A stretch of DNA of 64,000 nucleotides from Parcubacteria group bacterium (GCA_016176785.1 JACOWN010000007.1:6970-70969), one strand, 5' to 3'; positions 27,654 through 38,327 are shown, numbered from the stretch's first letter. The notes: generated by a model not told the origin, from the letters alone. Numbers and translations: made by a program.

Positions 27654-28880
27654 ATGGCGTTTTTCTTTTCTCCTCGTTCACATCAAAAGAAACTCGTCGC
27701 TCTTTTTGACGTCGGCAGCGCATCCGTCGGCGGGGCGCTTGTCGGGGCGGCAACCGGAGAAAAACCGGTCGTCTTTTCCGCAGTCCGCCGCGACCTGCCG
27801 TTCCAGTCGTCGTTTGACATCAAGCGTTTCCGCGCCTCTCTCGGCGAGGCGTTGTCTCTCGTTGCGGCAGACCTCATGCGGCAGGGGATTCCCGCAGTAC
27901 CGCGGGAGAGCGGATACGCATTTCCGCCCCGCAGGGCATTTTGTTTTCTCTCGGCTCCGTGGCATGCGGCGCATCTGCATCGCATCACTATCGCGCGCGA
28001 CAGGCCGTTTAAGGTAACGCGGCAGCTCATTGAGCGCGCCCTCCTCGGGGAGAGCGAAGCCGCGGACGCGGCGCGGACGCCGTACGGAGCGCACTCCGAC
28101 GCGGAACCGATTGAACGGCATGTCGTGCGAACGCTGCTCAATAAATATGACGTTGCGCTTCCCGTCGGCAAAGAAGCGCGGACGGTTGAACTTGACGTCT
28201 ACATGAGTTTTGCGCCGTCTCCGTTCCTTGCCGACATGCGGCGTCGCCTTGAACGAACGTTGTCGCTTGACCGCGTCAGTATCCACTCGTTCCTCCTTTC
28301 TTTTTTTGACGTCGTGCGCAGCGTATGGCACGAAGAAGAACATTTCGTGCTGCTTGACGTAAGCGGCGAAGTCACGGAGGCGGCGCTTATCCAAAGCGGT
28401 TCCATCGTTGACACGTTCTCGTTCCCGATAGGCACGCGAACTTTTTTGCGCGCGCTTGCGCGCGCGCACGGCGTTTCTCCCGCCGAAGCGTTGTCGCTTG
28501 CGAATGTCTATGCGAGCGGCAGAGGAGCGCGCGGCGCCTCAGGCAGGGTCGCCGAAGCGCTTGAAGCAACGCGCCGCGAGTGGCTGGCCGCCGTACACGG
28601 CGGACTCCATCGCGCAACGCGCGGCATCCTCACGCTGCAATCGGTTTTTTTGACGGCAGACCCCCCTTTTGCCGATTGGCTTGCCGAACTTCTGGACAGC
28701 GAGGAACTGCGCCGGTTCGCCCCGACACCCGCAACGTTCTCGGTTCGTCCGCTTACGGCACGGACGCTCGCGCCATTTCTTGAGTACCGCGGCCCGCGGA
28801 CGGCCGACCCTTTTCTTGCGACCGAGGCGCTTCTTGTTTCGCGGGTCGCAGAGGAAGTGCACGGCGGTTTCGGTCTGTGA
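27654..28880 (+). CDS. Divergent FtsA/PilM-like actin-fold protein
   Basis: ALFDVGSASVG and LLDVSGEVTE phosphate-loop-like motifs, F..G, VFLT. Confidence 0.7.
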   Translation: MAFFFSPRSHQKKLVALFDVGSASVGGALVGAATGEKPVVFSAVRRDLPFQSSFDIKRFRASLGEALSLVAADLMRQGIPAVPRESGYAFPPRRAFCFLSAPWHAAHLHRITIARDRPFKVTRQLIERALLGESEAADAARTPYGAHSDAEPIERHVVRTLLNKYDVALPVGKEARTVELDVYMSFAPSPFLADMRRRLERTLSLDRVSIHSFLLSFFDVVRSVWHEEEHFVLLDVSGEVTEAALIQSGSIVDTFSFPIGTRTFLRALARAHGVSPAEALSLANVYASGRGARGASGRVAEALEATRREWLAAVHGGLHRATRGILTLQSVFLTADPPFADWLAELLDSEELRRFAPTPATFSVRPLTARTLAPFLEYRGPRTADPFLATEALLVSRVAEEVHGGFGL

Positions 28881-28926
28881 TATGATTATGTGTGCGCAGA
28901 TATTTTTCTCATTTCCGTAAAACCCC

Positions 28927-30255
28927 ATGTCCAATCGCAAATTTCACGACATACGCATACGGGGGAGTTCACCGAGAGCACCCGCGTCTCCGCGCGGTAA
29001 GGCTCGTCCTGAAGAGCGGCGCATGCCCGAGGCGCCGCGCGCACCCGGTCTTTTCCGGCGCATGGTGCAGCCGCCGCGCCCGGGAAAGCCGTCATATTCC
29101 CGCATGTTGTTGTGGGGCACCGTGTGCGCCGCTCTCGCGCTTCTTATCGGTTCGTTCTCAACTCTTTTTGAGGGCGCCACGGTTACGATTACGCCGCGCG
29201 CCAAAACCATTCCCGTTGATACGACCTTTTCGGCGCGGCGCGCATCCGCGGCGGGCGACACCGACCTCTCTTTTGACGTGATTGAACTCAAAACTTCGGC
29301 GAAGAGGGAAATTCCGGCAACCGAAGTGAAGCAGGTTGAGCGCCGCGCCTCGGGACAGATCGTCATTTACAACAACTACAACAAATTCAGCCAGCGTCTG
29401 ATAAAAAATACCCGTTTTGAAACGCCGGACGGCTTGATTTACCGCATTTACGAATCGGTGGTCGTTCCCGGCCAAAAAGTAGAGAACGGCAAGACGCTCC
29501 CGGGGTCCATTGAAGTGACGGTATATGCCGATGCACCGGGAGAAAAATACAACACCGGTCTCGTGGATTTCACCGTTCCCGGATTTAAGGGTACGCCGCG
29601 GTTCGCTTCCTTTTACGCACGGGGCAAGACGCCGATCGCCGGAGGGTTTGTCGGCGTCGTCAAGACCGTATCGCAAGCGGAACGAAAACGCGTTGAGGAA
29701 GAACTTCGCCAAGAAGTGACGCAGCAGTTGCTCGCGGCGGCGCATGCGCAAGTTCCCGCCGGTATGACGCTTTTTGACAACGGCGTATTTATGAAACACG
29801 AAAGCCCTTCGGATGCGGAACAAGAGGACATCGCGCAGAAAACGGTTACTATTGAACAAAAGGCGGCGCTCTCCGCGGTCATATTTCCCGCGCGCGCATT
29901 CGCGTATTTTGTTGCCCGAAAACTTCTTTCGGAAACGGAAATTGCCGCAGGCGATATTCTCGAGATCGCGAACATCGACGAGCTGACATTCGCGATAGCG
30001 GAAAAGGAAAAAGTTGACCCGTCCAAAGACACGACGCTCCGATTTTCTTTGCGCGGCAACCCGACTTTCGTGTGGCAATTTGATGAAGCGGCGGTACGTC
30101 AAAAGTTGGCTGGCAAGCGGAAGGATGAGCTGTCAAGCGTCTTGTCGCAATTCGCGAGTATCACGAAAGCGGAGGTCGCCGCCCGTCCTTTCTGGAAGGC
30201 TTCGTTTCCGGATAATGCCTCCGATATTACGATAGAGCAGGCGGTAACGAAGTAA
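28927..30255 (+). CDS. Bitopic membrane protein with baseplate-J-like extracellular region
   Basis: A.VTITP, ASG.I.IYN, TRFET..G, V.V.AD.PGE.YN, GGF motifs. Confidence 0.7.
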   Translation: MSNRKFHDIRIRGSSPRAPASPRGKARPEERRMPEAPRAPGLFRRMVQPPRPGKPSYSRMLLWGTVCAALALLIGSFSTLFEGATVTITPRAKTIPVDTTFSARRASAAGDTDLSFDVIELKTSAKREIPATEVKQVERRASGQIVIYNNYNKFSQRLIKNTRFETPDGLIYRIYESVVVPGQKVENGKTLPGSIEVTVYADAPGEKYNTGLVDFTVPGFKGTPRFASFYARGKTPIAGGFVGVVKTVSQAERKRVEEELRQEVTQQLLAAAHAQVPAGMTLFDNGVFMKHESPSDAEQEDIAQKTVTIEQKAALSAVIFPARAFAYFVARKLLSETEIAAGDILEIANIDELTFAIAEKEKVDPSKDTTLRFSLRGNPTFVWQFDEAAVRQKLAGKRKDELSSVLSQFASITKAEVAARPFWKASFPDNASDITIEQAVTK

Positions 30256-30320
30256 AAAGTTTGGGCTCGTTGACACCGAGCGGGGTTTTTTGCTATTATA
30301 TCCTCGACACTTCGAAAGAG

Positions 30321-30536
30321 ATGGCGCAACAGAAGCAAGCAGAAAAAGCGATAGGGACAGTGACTGAGGCACTGCCCAGCGCTTTGTTTCGCGTTACTCT
30401 GGGGGGCGGCGAGGCCATTCTCGCGTATCTCTCGGGTAAAATGCGCATGTACCGCATCCGCGTCCTCGTCGGAGACAAAGTGGAAGTTGAGCGGGACCCG
30501 TACGGCGGCAAGGGGCGTATCGTACGGCGGCTGTAA
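30321..30536 (+). CDS. infA: Translation initiation factor IF-1
   Basis: G.V.EALP, LSGKMR..IRVL.GDKV. Confidence 0.95.
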   Translation: MAQQKQAEKAIGTVTEALPSALFRVTLGGGEAILAYLSGKMRMYRIRVLVGDKVEVERDPYGGKGRIVRRL

Positions 30537-30556
30537 TGCGTCCGTTTTCGTGCATT

Positions 30557-30670
30557 ATGAAAGTAAAAGCATCAGTAAAAAAGATATGCGCAAAGTGCCA
30601 GATGGTGCGGCGAAAGGGCCGTTTACATATTATTTGCACGAACCCAAAACATAAGCAGAGGCAGGGGTAG
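30557..30670 (+). CDS. rpmJ: 50S ribosomal protein L36 (below ORF-track cutoff)
   Basis: Manual translation [37 protein letters not shown]. Confidence 0.96.
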   Translation: MKVKASVKKICAKCQMVRRKGRLHIICTNPKHKQRQG

Positions 30671-30768
30671 AAAACGGAGAGTGCAAATTTAAGAATTAAA
30701 AGTTGCCGAACCGGGCCGTACTCAATACCCAACTTTGTTTTTTATCCTTTAATTTTTACATTCGGAAC

Positions 30769-31149
30769 ATGCGTATCGCGGGCATCACAATTCCAGACAC
30801 AAAACATTTAAGCGTCGGCTTGACGGCGATTTACGGCATTGGCAGGTCGCGCGCGCGCGACATTTTGAAAACTGCCGGCGTGTCTCCCGAGACAAAACCG
30901 AAGGACCTCGGGACCGAGGCGGAAAACGCAATTCGCCAAAGCGTCGAGGCGTTCACGATAGAAGGAGAGCTGCGCCGCGAGGTGAGCGCGAACATTAAGC
31001 GCCTGAAAGACATTAAAAGTTATCGGGGAGGGCGGCACACGCGCCGTCTTCCGACGCGCGGCCAACGGACAAAAGTGAACTCGCGAACGGTTCGGGGAAA
31101 TGTCAGAAATACCATGGGTTCGGGAAGGCGCAAGCTTGAAAAGACCTAA
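30769..31149 (+). CDS. rpsM: 30S ribosomal protein S13
   Basis: RIAGI, LT.IYGIG, RGQRT..NSRT. Confidence 0.96.
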   Translation: MRIAGITIPDTKHLSVGLTAIYGIGRSRARDILKTAGVSPETKPKDLGTEAENAIRQSVEAFTIEGELRREVSANIKRLKDIKSYRGGRHTRRLPTRGQRTKVNSRTVRGNVRNTMGSGRRKLEKT

Positions 31150-31191
31150 TTTTTTGGATGGAGAATGGCTCTTTGCTCATCGTGAACGCAC

Positions 31192-31626
31192 ATGGGAAAA
31201 AAACGCACCGTACAAAAAAAGGGAGGAGGATTTGATGCCGCGCTCAAGGCGCGTGCGCTTTCGCGTACCGCGCGGCGCAAGGTGGGGTCGGGGACGCTTT
31301 ACATAGAGGCGACGTATAACAACACCAAGTGCGTGCTTGCCGACAAGAGCGGCAATACACTCGCATGGTCGTCATCCGGCAACCTCGGGTTTAAGGGCAC
31401 CAAAAAAGGGACGCCGTTTGCGGCGGCAAAGGTCGGCGAACTGATGGGGGAGCGCGCGCAGCAGGTCGGCATGCAGGACGTTGCCGTCTCCATTAAAGGA
31501 GTCGGAGCGGGCCGAGAATCCGCGTTGCGTTCTTTTGCCGCAAAAGGGGTCAGTATCAGCGCCATTCGTGACCAGACCCCCGTGCCATTCAACGGTCCGC
31601 GGCCGCCCAAAAAACGCCGCGTCTAA
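31192..31626 (+). CDS. rpsK: 30S ribosomal protein S11
   Basis: TYNNT, GFKG.KK.TPFAA, TP.P.NG.RPPK.RRV. Confidence 0.96.
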   Translation: MGKKRTVQKKGGGFDAALKARALSRTARRKVGSGTLYIEATYNNTKCVLADKSGNTLAWSSSGNLGFKGTKKGTPFAAAKVGELMGERAQQVGMQDVAVSIKGVGAGRESALRSFAAKGVSISAIRDQTPVPFNGPRPPKKRRV

Positions 31627-31655
31627 GCAAAAGAGTTCAACAATGATCACAAGGT

Positions 31656-32264
31656 ATGCCCAGGATTAAACAATTCAAGATCGCCCGCCGGTTGGGAGCA
31701 CGCGTCTTTCCCAAGACGGAGAACCCGCGGTTCGTGCTGACGCCGCGCCAACGCACGCAGAAACACCGCGTTGCGCCTCTTTCGGAATACGGCACCCAAT
31801 TGCTGGAAAAACAAAAAGTCCGTTACGCATACGGTCTGCGCGAAGCGCAATTTTCAAACTACGTTAAAAAGGCGATGGGGAAAAAGGGCGCAAACTCGGC
31901 GGCGCAACTTTTTCGGCTGTTGGAAAGCCGCGCCGATAACGTCGTCTACCGTCTCGGTCTGGCGAACACGCGCCGCGCGGCGCGGCAAATGGTCTCGCAC
32001 GGCCATATCACCGTGAACGGCCGGAAGACGACCGTCCCTTCGCAGTCGCTTTCCGTCGGCGATCGGGTCGGCGTGCGGGCCGGAAGCTCCGGAAAAAAAC
32101 TTTTCCAGGAGATCGAGAAATCGTTTGAAACGCGTACGCCCCCCGCGTGGCTTGCGCGAGACGAAAAAAAACGCGAGGGGGTGGTTTCGGCGGCGCCGTC
32201 TCTTGAAACCGGCGGCGAGGCGCTTTTCAACCTAACGTCGGTCATAGAGTTTTATAGTCGTTAG
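31656..32264 (+). CDS. rpsD: 30S ribosomal protein S4
   Basis: SEYG.QL.EKQK, LE.R.DNVVYRLG, EFYSR. Confidence 0.96.
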   Translation: MPRIKQFKIARRLGARVFPKTENPRFVLTPRQRTQKHRVAPLSEYGTQLLEKQKVRYAYGLREAQFSNYVKKAMGKKGANSAAQLFRLLESRADNVVYRLGLANTRRAARQMVSHGHITVNGRKTTVPSQSLSVGDRVGVRAGSSGKKLFQEIEKSFETRTPPAWLARDEKKREGVVSAAPSLETGGEALFNLTSVIEFYSR

Positions 32265-32289
32265 CCATTATTGTTCGCTCATATTTATT

Positions 32290-33258
32290 ATGGAGATTAT
32301 TCTTCCGTCAAAACCAAAAGTTGTTAAAGAAGAAGGCGCGCGCGGCGCGTACGAGATCGAAGGTCTCTACCCCGGCTACGGCCACACGCTGGGGAACTCG
32401 TTGCGCCGCATCATTTTGTCATCTTTGGTCGGCGCCGCGATCACCTCGGTTAAAATCGACGGCGCGAGCCACGAATTCTCAACCCTTGAAGGAGTGAAAG
32501 AAGACGTCATTTCCATTCTCCTTAATCTGAAGAAGGTCAGTTTTAAACTTGCGACCGGAGAGCCGCAGGAGGCGCGGTTGAAAGTGAAGGGTCCCAAAAC
32601 GGTCACGGCAAAAGACATAGAAGCGCCCGGTCAGGTTGAGATTTTGAACCCCGGGCAGTATATCGCGGAAATTACCGGCAAGAACACCGCGCTTGACATC
32701 TCCATCCGGATAGAAAAAGGGCTTGGGTATGTATCCAAAAACGTGCTGCAGAAAGAAAAAATCGAACGGGGAACGATCGCGCTTGATGCGGTCTTTTCTC
32801 CCATTCGCCGCGTGAATTACGAGGTTGAAAACATGCGTGTCGGCGAGCGGACCGATTACAACCGCCTGCGCATCTCCATTGAAACTGACGGCACTATTTC
32901 CCCGCGGGAAGCGCTTGAAGAGGCGATCATGATCATGGTCAAACAACTGAAGGCGATCGTCGGCTTCCAAGAAGAGATGGCGGCAGTCGCCGCTCCGGAA
33001 GAGGGCGCGGGGGCGGTCGGAGACCTCGGCGCCGAAGGCGAGCGTCCCGAAGAAGACAAAGAATTCCTAAAAACACGCATTGACACGCTTGGTTTTTCAA
33101 CACGAACGGCAAATGCGCTCACCAAAGCAAACATCAGAACCGTCGGAGGGCTTGCGCGCAAAAGCGAAAAAGACCTCCTTGATGTTGAGGGAATGGGCGA
33201 AAAGGGAGTGCAAGAGATCAAACGAACGCTGTCAAATTTTGGGATTACGCTCAAATAA
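32290..33258 (+). CDS. rpoA: RNA polymerase alpha subunit
   Basis: G.GHTLGNSLRR.ILSS, HEFST..GVKED, alpha-CTD. Confidence 0.97.
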   Translation: MEIILPSKPKVVKEEGARGAYEIEGLYPGYGHTLGNSLRRIILSSLVGAAITSVKIDGASHEFSTLEGVKEDVISILLNLKKVSFKLATGEPQEARLKVKGPKTVTAKDIEAPGQVEILNPGQYIAEITGKNTALDISIRIEKGLGYVSKNVLQKEKIERGTIALDAVFSPIRRVNYEVENMRVGERTDYNRLRISIETDGTISPREALEEAIMIMVKQLKAIVGFQEEMAAVAAPEEGAGAVGDLGAEGERPEEDKEFLKTRIDTLGFSTRTANALTKANIRTVGGLARKSEKDLLDVEGMGEKGVQEIKRTLSNFGITLK

Positions 33259-33267
33259 CGCATTACC

Positions 33268-33621
33268 GTGAGACACCACGATAAGAACAGAAAATTCGGC
33301 CGGACGCGGAATGTGCGCCGCGCGCTCATGCGCACGCTCGCGCTTTCGCTCATTTCCGCAGAAGCGATAGTTACGACCGAAGCGAAAGCCAAAGAACTCC
33401 GCCCTTTCATTGAGCGGCTTGTCACCAGAGGCCGAAGCGGCACCGTGGCGGCTCGCCGCCTCGTCGCCCAACGATTGGGCGGCAATGCGGACGGCGCGAT
33501 GAAACTTGTCAAAGAGATTGCTCCGCGTTATAAAGAACGGCAGGGCGGCTACACGCGCATCACGAAAATGCGCGCGCGGATAAGCGACGGCAGCCCCATG
33601 GCCCGCATTGAATTCGTATAA
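33268..33621 (+). CDS. rplQ: 50S ribosomal protein L17
   Basis: MRH, I.TT.AKAKELR, GGYTRI. Confidence 0.96.
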   Translation: MRHHDKNRKFGRTRNVRRALMRTLALSLISAEAIVTTEAKAKELRPFIERLVTRGRSGTVAARRLVAQRLGGNADGAMKLVKEIAPRYKERQGGYTRITKMRARISDGSPMARIEFV

Positions 33622-33632
33622 GTATAAAAGGC

Positions 33633-33977
33633 ATGAAAATAACTCTTGATGCACGGGGAAAAAAATTGGGGCGCATCGCAAGCGAAGCGGCGACATTGCT
33701 TATGGGGAAGGGAGATGCGTCTTATGAACGCCGCCGTGCCGGCGAGACCGAGGTTACAATCGTGAACGCGGCGCGCCTTGACCTCTCGGCTCGTAAGCGC
33801 GCCGGAAAACGCTACACGCGATATTCGGGCTACCCGGGCGGCCTTCGGGAGGAATCGCTTGCCGCCGCCATCTCAAAACACGGATACCAAGAGCCGCTGC
33901 GCCGCGCCGTTTACGGGATGCTGCCCGCCAACCGTTTGCGGAAAAACCGCATGCAGCGTTTGAGCATCCGCGATTAA
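33633..33977 (+). CDS. rplM: 50S ribosomal protein L13 (short form)
   Basis: DA....LGR.AS, L.GK, SGYPGG, AV.GMLP. Confidence 0.93.
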   Translation: MKITLDARGKKLGRIASEAATLLMGKGDASYERRRAGETEVTIVNAARLDLSARKRAGKRYTRYSGYPGGLREESLAAAISKHGYQEPLRRAVYGMLPANRLRKNRMQRLSIRD

Positions 33978-34013
33978 AATACGCGGCGTCGGAAGGCGCC
34001 ACTTTTGTATCTT

Positions 34014-34460
34014 ATGCAAGAAACCGTACCGCATGAAGAATGGAAACTTGAACCGCGCCTTAAGGGGCGGTATGTTGAGGCGGTCGGACGCCGCAAAACC
34101 GCCGTCGCGCGGGTCCGGATCACCGAAAGCGCCGCGCGCACGCCGGTTTTTTCGGTGAACGGAAAAGCAATGCGCGATTATTTTCCTACCGATGAAATGA
34201 GGGCGATCGCGACGGAGGCGCTCCGAATGTTCGGCGCGCTTAAAGTGTTTGACGTGTCGGCGCACATACGCGGAGGAGGCATCCATTCGCACGTTGAAGC
34301 GTTGCGGCTCGGTCTTTCCCGCGCGCTGGTGCTCTATGAAGCCGGACTCCGCGGCCCTCTCAAGAAGAAAGGGCTCTTATCGCGCGACCAGCGCATGAAA
34401 GAACGGCGTAAATTCGGAAAAAAGAAAGCGAGGAAGGCCCCGCAGTGGTCAAAACGGTAA
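34014..34460 (+). CDS. rpsI: 30S ribosomal protein S9
   Basis: GRRKTAVARV, ERRKFG.KKARKAPQWSKR. Confidence 0.96.
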   Translation: MQETVPHEEWKLEPRLKGRYVEAVGRRKTAVARVRITESAARTPVFSVNGKAMRDYFPTDEMRAIATEALRMFGALKVFDVSAHIRGGGIHSHVEALRLGLSRALVLYEAGLRGPLKKKGLLSRDQRMKERRKFGKKKARKAPQWSKR

Positions 34461-34519
34461 TTTATTCCAAAGAATGATGAACCCCGGGGGCACGCCCGGG
34501 GTTTACCGTTGAGGAAAAC

Positions 34520-34548
34520 TTGACAGACGTGTCTGAAACAACTATAGT
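34520..34548 (+). promoter_or_regulatory. sigma70 promoter of grpE-dnaK-dnaJ (leaderless geometry)
   Basis: TTGACA-17-TATAGT, 6 nt before ATG 34555. Confidence 0.75.
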
Positions 34549-34554
34549 ATTTTT

Positions 34555-35151
34555 ATGAGTGAAGAAGAAAACAAGGCGCCGGCTCCCGAGGGGGCGGAGG
34601 AATCGCCTGACGTTCTCATCGTTGAGACCGACACGGAAGCGGCGGAGGGGTCCCTCAAGGGGGCGGTGAAGAAACTGCGGGACGAGCTCAAGGCGTGCGA
34701 GAAAGAACGCCAGGAATATCTCGCCGGCTGGCAACGCGCCAAAGCGGATTTCATCAATGCGCGGAATGAAGAGGAGCGGGCGCGGAAAGAGTTTGCGTCC
34801 TATGCGACCGAATCGGTGATGCGCGGATTGCTGCCGGTCTTGGATAATTTTGAACGCGCGCTTAAAGACACGGCGGCGCGAGATGCCGCCTCGGAAGCAT
34901 GGCGGAGCGGTATAGAACTTATCCATGAACAGATGAAAGAATTGCTCAAAAGATACGGCGTTTCCGCTTTCGCGCCGTCGGAGGGCGAACGTTTTGACCC
35001 GGCGCGCCACGAGACCGTCGGGACGGTTCCCGCGCGCACGGAAGAAGAGGACGGTTTGGTGCGTGAAGTCGTCGAGAAGGGGTATATAATGAAGAGCAAG
35101 GTCATTCGTCCCGCGCGGGTCAGGATAGCCGTTTTCCAAAAAGAAAAATAA
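34555..35151 (+). CDS. grpE: Nucleotide exchange factor GrpE
   Basis: R..ADF.N.R, LLPVLDNFERA, FDP..HE, RPARV. Confidence 0.95.
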   Translation: MSEEENKAPAPEGAEESPDVLIVETDTEAAEGSLKGAVKKLRDELKACEKERQEYLAGWQRAKADFINARNEEERARKEFASYATESVMRGLLPVLDNFERALKDTAARDAASEAWRSGIELIHEQMKELLKRYGVSAFAPSEGERFDPARHETVGTVPARTEEEDGLVREVVEKGYIMKSKVIRPARVRIAVFQKEK

Positions 35152-35187
35152 TTCGTTTCGCAATCGTAATGCATCTAATTTTTATTT

Positions 35188-37104
35188 ATGACAAAAATAC
35201 TTGGTATTGACCTCGGCACGACGAATTCCGCGATGGCCATCGTTGAAGGGGGCCGTCCGAGGATAATTGAAAATGCCGAAGGCGGGCGGACAACCCCCTC
35301 GGTTGTCGCCGTGTCAAAAGCGGGGGAACGGCTCGTCGGGCTTATCGCGAAGCGCCAGGCGATAACCAACCCCGAAAACACCGTCCACGGCATCAAGCGT
35401 TTTATGGGGCATCGTTTCAACGACCCCGTCATCCAGAAAGAAAAGAGCGCCGTATCGTATGATGTCGCAAAAGGCGACGGAGAAGGTGCGAAGGTCCGCA
35501 TGGGAGACGCGTACTACACGCCGGAGGAAGTTTCGGCGATGATACTTCAAAAGATGAAGCGCGACGCCGAGGCAAAATTAGGCGAAAAAATCACCGAAGC
35601 GGTCATTACCGTTCCCGCATATTTTGACGATTCCCAACGGAAGGCGACCAAGGTCGCGGGAGAAGTCGCCGGTTTTACCGTGCACCGCATTTTGAACGAA
35701 CCGACGGCGGCGGCGCTTGCGTACGGGTTGGATAAAAAGAAGAACGAACGGATCGCCGTATTTGATTTCGGCGGAGGAACTTTTGACATCACCGTGCTTG
35801 AGGTCAGCGGAGAAGTGATCGAAGTGAAGGCGACTGACGGCGACAGCCACATGGGCGGCGAGGACATTGACCGCGACATCGTCGCCTTTATTGCGGGCGA
35901 GTTCAAGAAAGAAAGCGGCATTGATGTTTCGCGAGACCCGCTCGCGCTCCAGCGGCTCAAGGAAGCGGCGGAAAAAGCGAAGCATGAGCTCTCGGAAACG
36001 ACGGAATCGGAGATCAATTTGCCGTTCATAACCTCGGATGCAGCCGGCCCGAAGCATCTTGTCATGCGCCTTTCGCGCGCCGCGTTGGAACGCATCGCCG
36101 CGCCGTACATCGACAAGGCCGTCGCGATCACGAAACGCGCCCTTGAAGCGTCAAAGTTTCAAATGGACGAAATTGACGAAGTGATCCTCGTGGGCGGCCA
36201 GACGCGCATGCCTGCGATCGTCGCCGCGGTGCGCGCGCTCTTCGGCAAAGAGCCGAACAAATCCATCAACCCCGACGAGGTCGTCGCCGCCGGCGCCGCG
36301 ATCCAGGCGGGGATCATCCAAGGGGACGTTAAAGACATCCTTCTGCTCGATGTTACGCCGCTTTCGCTCGGCATCGAAACCCTTGGCGGGGTGGCGACAA
36401 AGGTTATCGAGCGGAACACGACCGTTCCGACGGCGCGGACGCAGGTGTTTTCAACGGCGGCGGACAATCAGACCTCGGTTGAGATCCATGTGATGCAGGG
36501 CGAGCGGCCGATGGCGGCTGACAACAAAACACTCGGCCGATTCATTCTGGACGGGATCCCTCCTTCGCCGCGCGGTTTACCGCAAATTGAGGTGACGTTT
36601 GACATTGACGCAAACGGCATCCTTTCCGTTACCGCCAAGGATAAAGCGAGCGGCAAAGCGCAGTCAATTCGCATTGAGGCGAGCTCCAATTTGCCGGCGG
36701 ATGAAATTGAACGCATGAAGCGGGATGCGGAGGCGCATGCGGCCGACGACGAGCGGAAGAAGTCGTTCGCAGAGGCGAAAAATGCGGGAGAAACGCTCGC
36801 CTATACCGCCGAAAAAGCGCTTTCGGAAAATAAAGCGCGCATTCCCGCTGACGTAACGGCATCGGTTGAAGAAAAGATCGGCGCGTTGCGCGCCGCGCTC
36901 GGCGGCGAAGATGCGGAAGCCGTCAAGACGGCGACTTCCGCGTTGTCGGCGGCGATGCAGAAAATCGGCGAGGCGGTTGCGCGCGGGAAGAGCGGTTCGT
37001 CTCCCGATTCCGGCACGCCGCCTTCGCCGGGCACCGACACCGGACCGACGCGCGACGCCGATGTTGAAGACGAGAACGACGCGGGCGGAGAGAAAGCTCC
37101 GTAA
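35188..37104 (+). CDS. dnaK: Chaperone DnaK
   Basis: [30 protein letters not shown]. Confidence 0.98.
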   Translation: MTKILGIDLGTTNSAMAIVEGGRPRIIENAEGGRTTPSVVAVSKAGERLVGLIAKRQAITNPENTVHGIKRFMGHRFNDPVIQKEKSAVSYDVAKGDGEGAKVRMGDAYYTPEEVSAMILQKMKRDAEAKLGEKITEAVITVPAYFDDSQRKATKVAGEVAGFTVHRILNEPTAAALAYGLDKKKNERIAVFDFGGGTFDITVLEVSGEVIEVKATDGDSHMGGEDIDRDIVAFIAGEFKKESGIDVSRDPLALQRLKEAAEKAKHELSETTESEINLPFITSDAAGPKHLVMRLSRAALERIAAPYIDKAVAITKRALEASKFQMDEIDEVILVGGQTRMPAIVAAVRALFGKEPNKSINPDEVVAAGAAIQAGIIQGDVKDILLLDVTPLSLGIETLGGVATKVIERNTTVPTARTQVFSTAADNQTSVEIHVMQGERPMAADNKTLGRFILDGIPPSPRGLPQIEVTFDIDANGILSVTAKDKASGKAQSIRIEASSNLPADEIERMKRDAEAHAADDERKKSFAEAKNAGETLAYTAEKALSENKARIPADVTASVEEKIGALRAALGGEDAEAVKTATSALSAAMQKIGEAVARGKSGSSPDSGTPPSPGTDTGPTRDADVEDENDAGGEKAP

Positions 37105-37197
37105 TCCGCGGAACGCGTCCGCAGTTTGCCGTGAAGCGGCGCATCCGGTATACTGGAATGCACAGCCGGCTTCTCCTTCGCCATCCTTATTTTTTGT

Positions 37198-38265
37198 ATG
37201 CCAACACGCAAAGATTTCTACGAAATACTCGGGATCGCGCGTGACGCGACGAAAGACGGCGTTAAAAAAGCGTACCACCGTCTCGCGCGCAAATACCATC
37301 CCGACAATAAAGAAACGGGCGATGAGGCGCGTTTCAAAGAGATTAGCGAAGCGTATCATACGCTTTCTGACGATAAACGGCGCGCGGAGTATGACGCGTA
37401 CGGCAACGTTTTTGCCGGCGCGGAAGGATTTTCCGGATTCGGGCCGTTCGGTGGAGCGCAGGGCATGGAGTTTGACCTCGGCGATATTTTCGGCGAGTTT
37501 TTCGGCGGCTTGGGGGGAGGAGAACGCTCCCGCCGCATGCGGCGCGGGAGAGACATAACGATTGACGCCGAGGTTTCTTTCGCCGAAGCCGCGTTTGGCA
37601 CAGAGCGTTCATTTTTGCTCGGCAAAACAGCGCAGTGCGAGGCGTGCCGCGGCACGGGCGCGGAACCGAATACGGAATTGGCCGTGTGCGCGGCGTGCAA
37701 CGGCCAGGGCCGCGTGCACGAGACGCGCTCGTCGTTCATCGGCACCTTTTCAAGCATCCGCGAGTGCGACGCGTGCCGCGGTGAGGGCCGCGTGCCGAAA
37801 GAGACGTGCCATGTATGCCGCGGCATGGGAGTGGTTAAAAAACAAGAAGAGGTAACCATTACCATCCCCGCCGGTATCGAAGACGGCGGCGTCATCAAGA
37901 TCGGAGAAATGGGAGAAGCGGTCCAGCGCGGCGCATCGGGCGATCTCTATGTCAAAGTGCATGTTGCGCGGCATCCGATATTCCGCCGCGAAGGGCACAA
38001 TCTCATCATGACGCTTGACATTAAACTTTCCGATGCGCTCCTCGGCGCGACGTATCAGATCGGCACGCTTGATGGCGCGACGCTCAAATTGAAGATACCC
38101 GCCGGCGTTACGTTCGGAGAGATATTGCGCGTGAAGGGGAAGGGCGTGCCCATTGAGCGGGGCAAGCGCGGCGACCTCCTGGTTAAACTGAACGTAAATC
38201 TGCCGACCGCGCTTTCGCGCGCCGCGAAGGAACTTTTTGAGAAGCTCCGCAGTGAAGGTATTTAA
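37198..38265 (+). CDS. dnaJ: Chaperone DnaJ
   Basis: HPD J-domain, four CxxCxGxG repeats. Confidence 0.97.
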   Translation: MPTRKDFYEILGIARDATKDGVKKAYHRLARKYHPDNKETGDEARFKEISEAYHTLSDDKRRAEYDAYGNVFAGAEGFSGFGPFGGAQGMEFDLGDIFGEFFGGLGGGERSRRMRRGRDITIDAEVSFAEAAFGTERSFLLGKTAQCEACRGTGAEPNTELAVCAACNGQGRVHETRSSFIGTFSSIRECDACRGEGRVPKETCHVCRGMGVVKKQEEVTITIPAGIEDGGVIKIGEMGEAVQRGASGDLYVKVHVARHPIFRREGHNLIMTLDIKLSDALLGATYQIGTLDGATLKLKIPAGVTFGEILRVKGKGVPIERGKRGDLLVKLNVNLPTALSRAAKELFEKLRSEGI

Positions 38266-38327
38266 GGACGGTCCTTTTTGAGTTTATCCCCAGAAAACTG
38301 GGGATAAACTCAAAAAGGACCGTCCTT
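38264..38327. repeat. Perfect 30-bp inverted repeat (4-nt loop) built from AAGGAC(G/C)GTCCTT plus DnaA-box-like TTATCCCCA
   Basis: AAGGACGGTCCTTTTTGAGTTTATCCCCAG-AAAA-reverse complement. Confidence 0.92.

Noticed and set aside
28927-30255. Prophage inferred from baseplate-like and tail-fibre-like domains
   Set aside because: No capsid, terminase or integrase; the genes are embedded among housekeeping loci.
34460-34554. CIRCE/HrcA control of grpE-dnaK-dnaJ
   Set aside because: No TTAGCACTC-N9-GAGTGCTAA and no hrcA in the window.
361-35220. Repeated GG(C/T)ATTGACCTCGGCACG at 361, 5567 and ~35203
   Set aside because: Shared GIDLGT motif of MreB and DnaK, not a DNA element.
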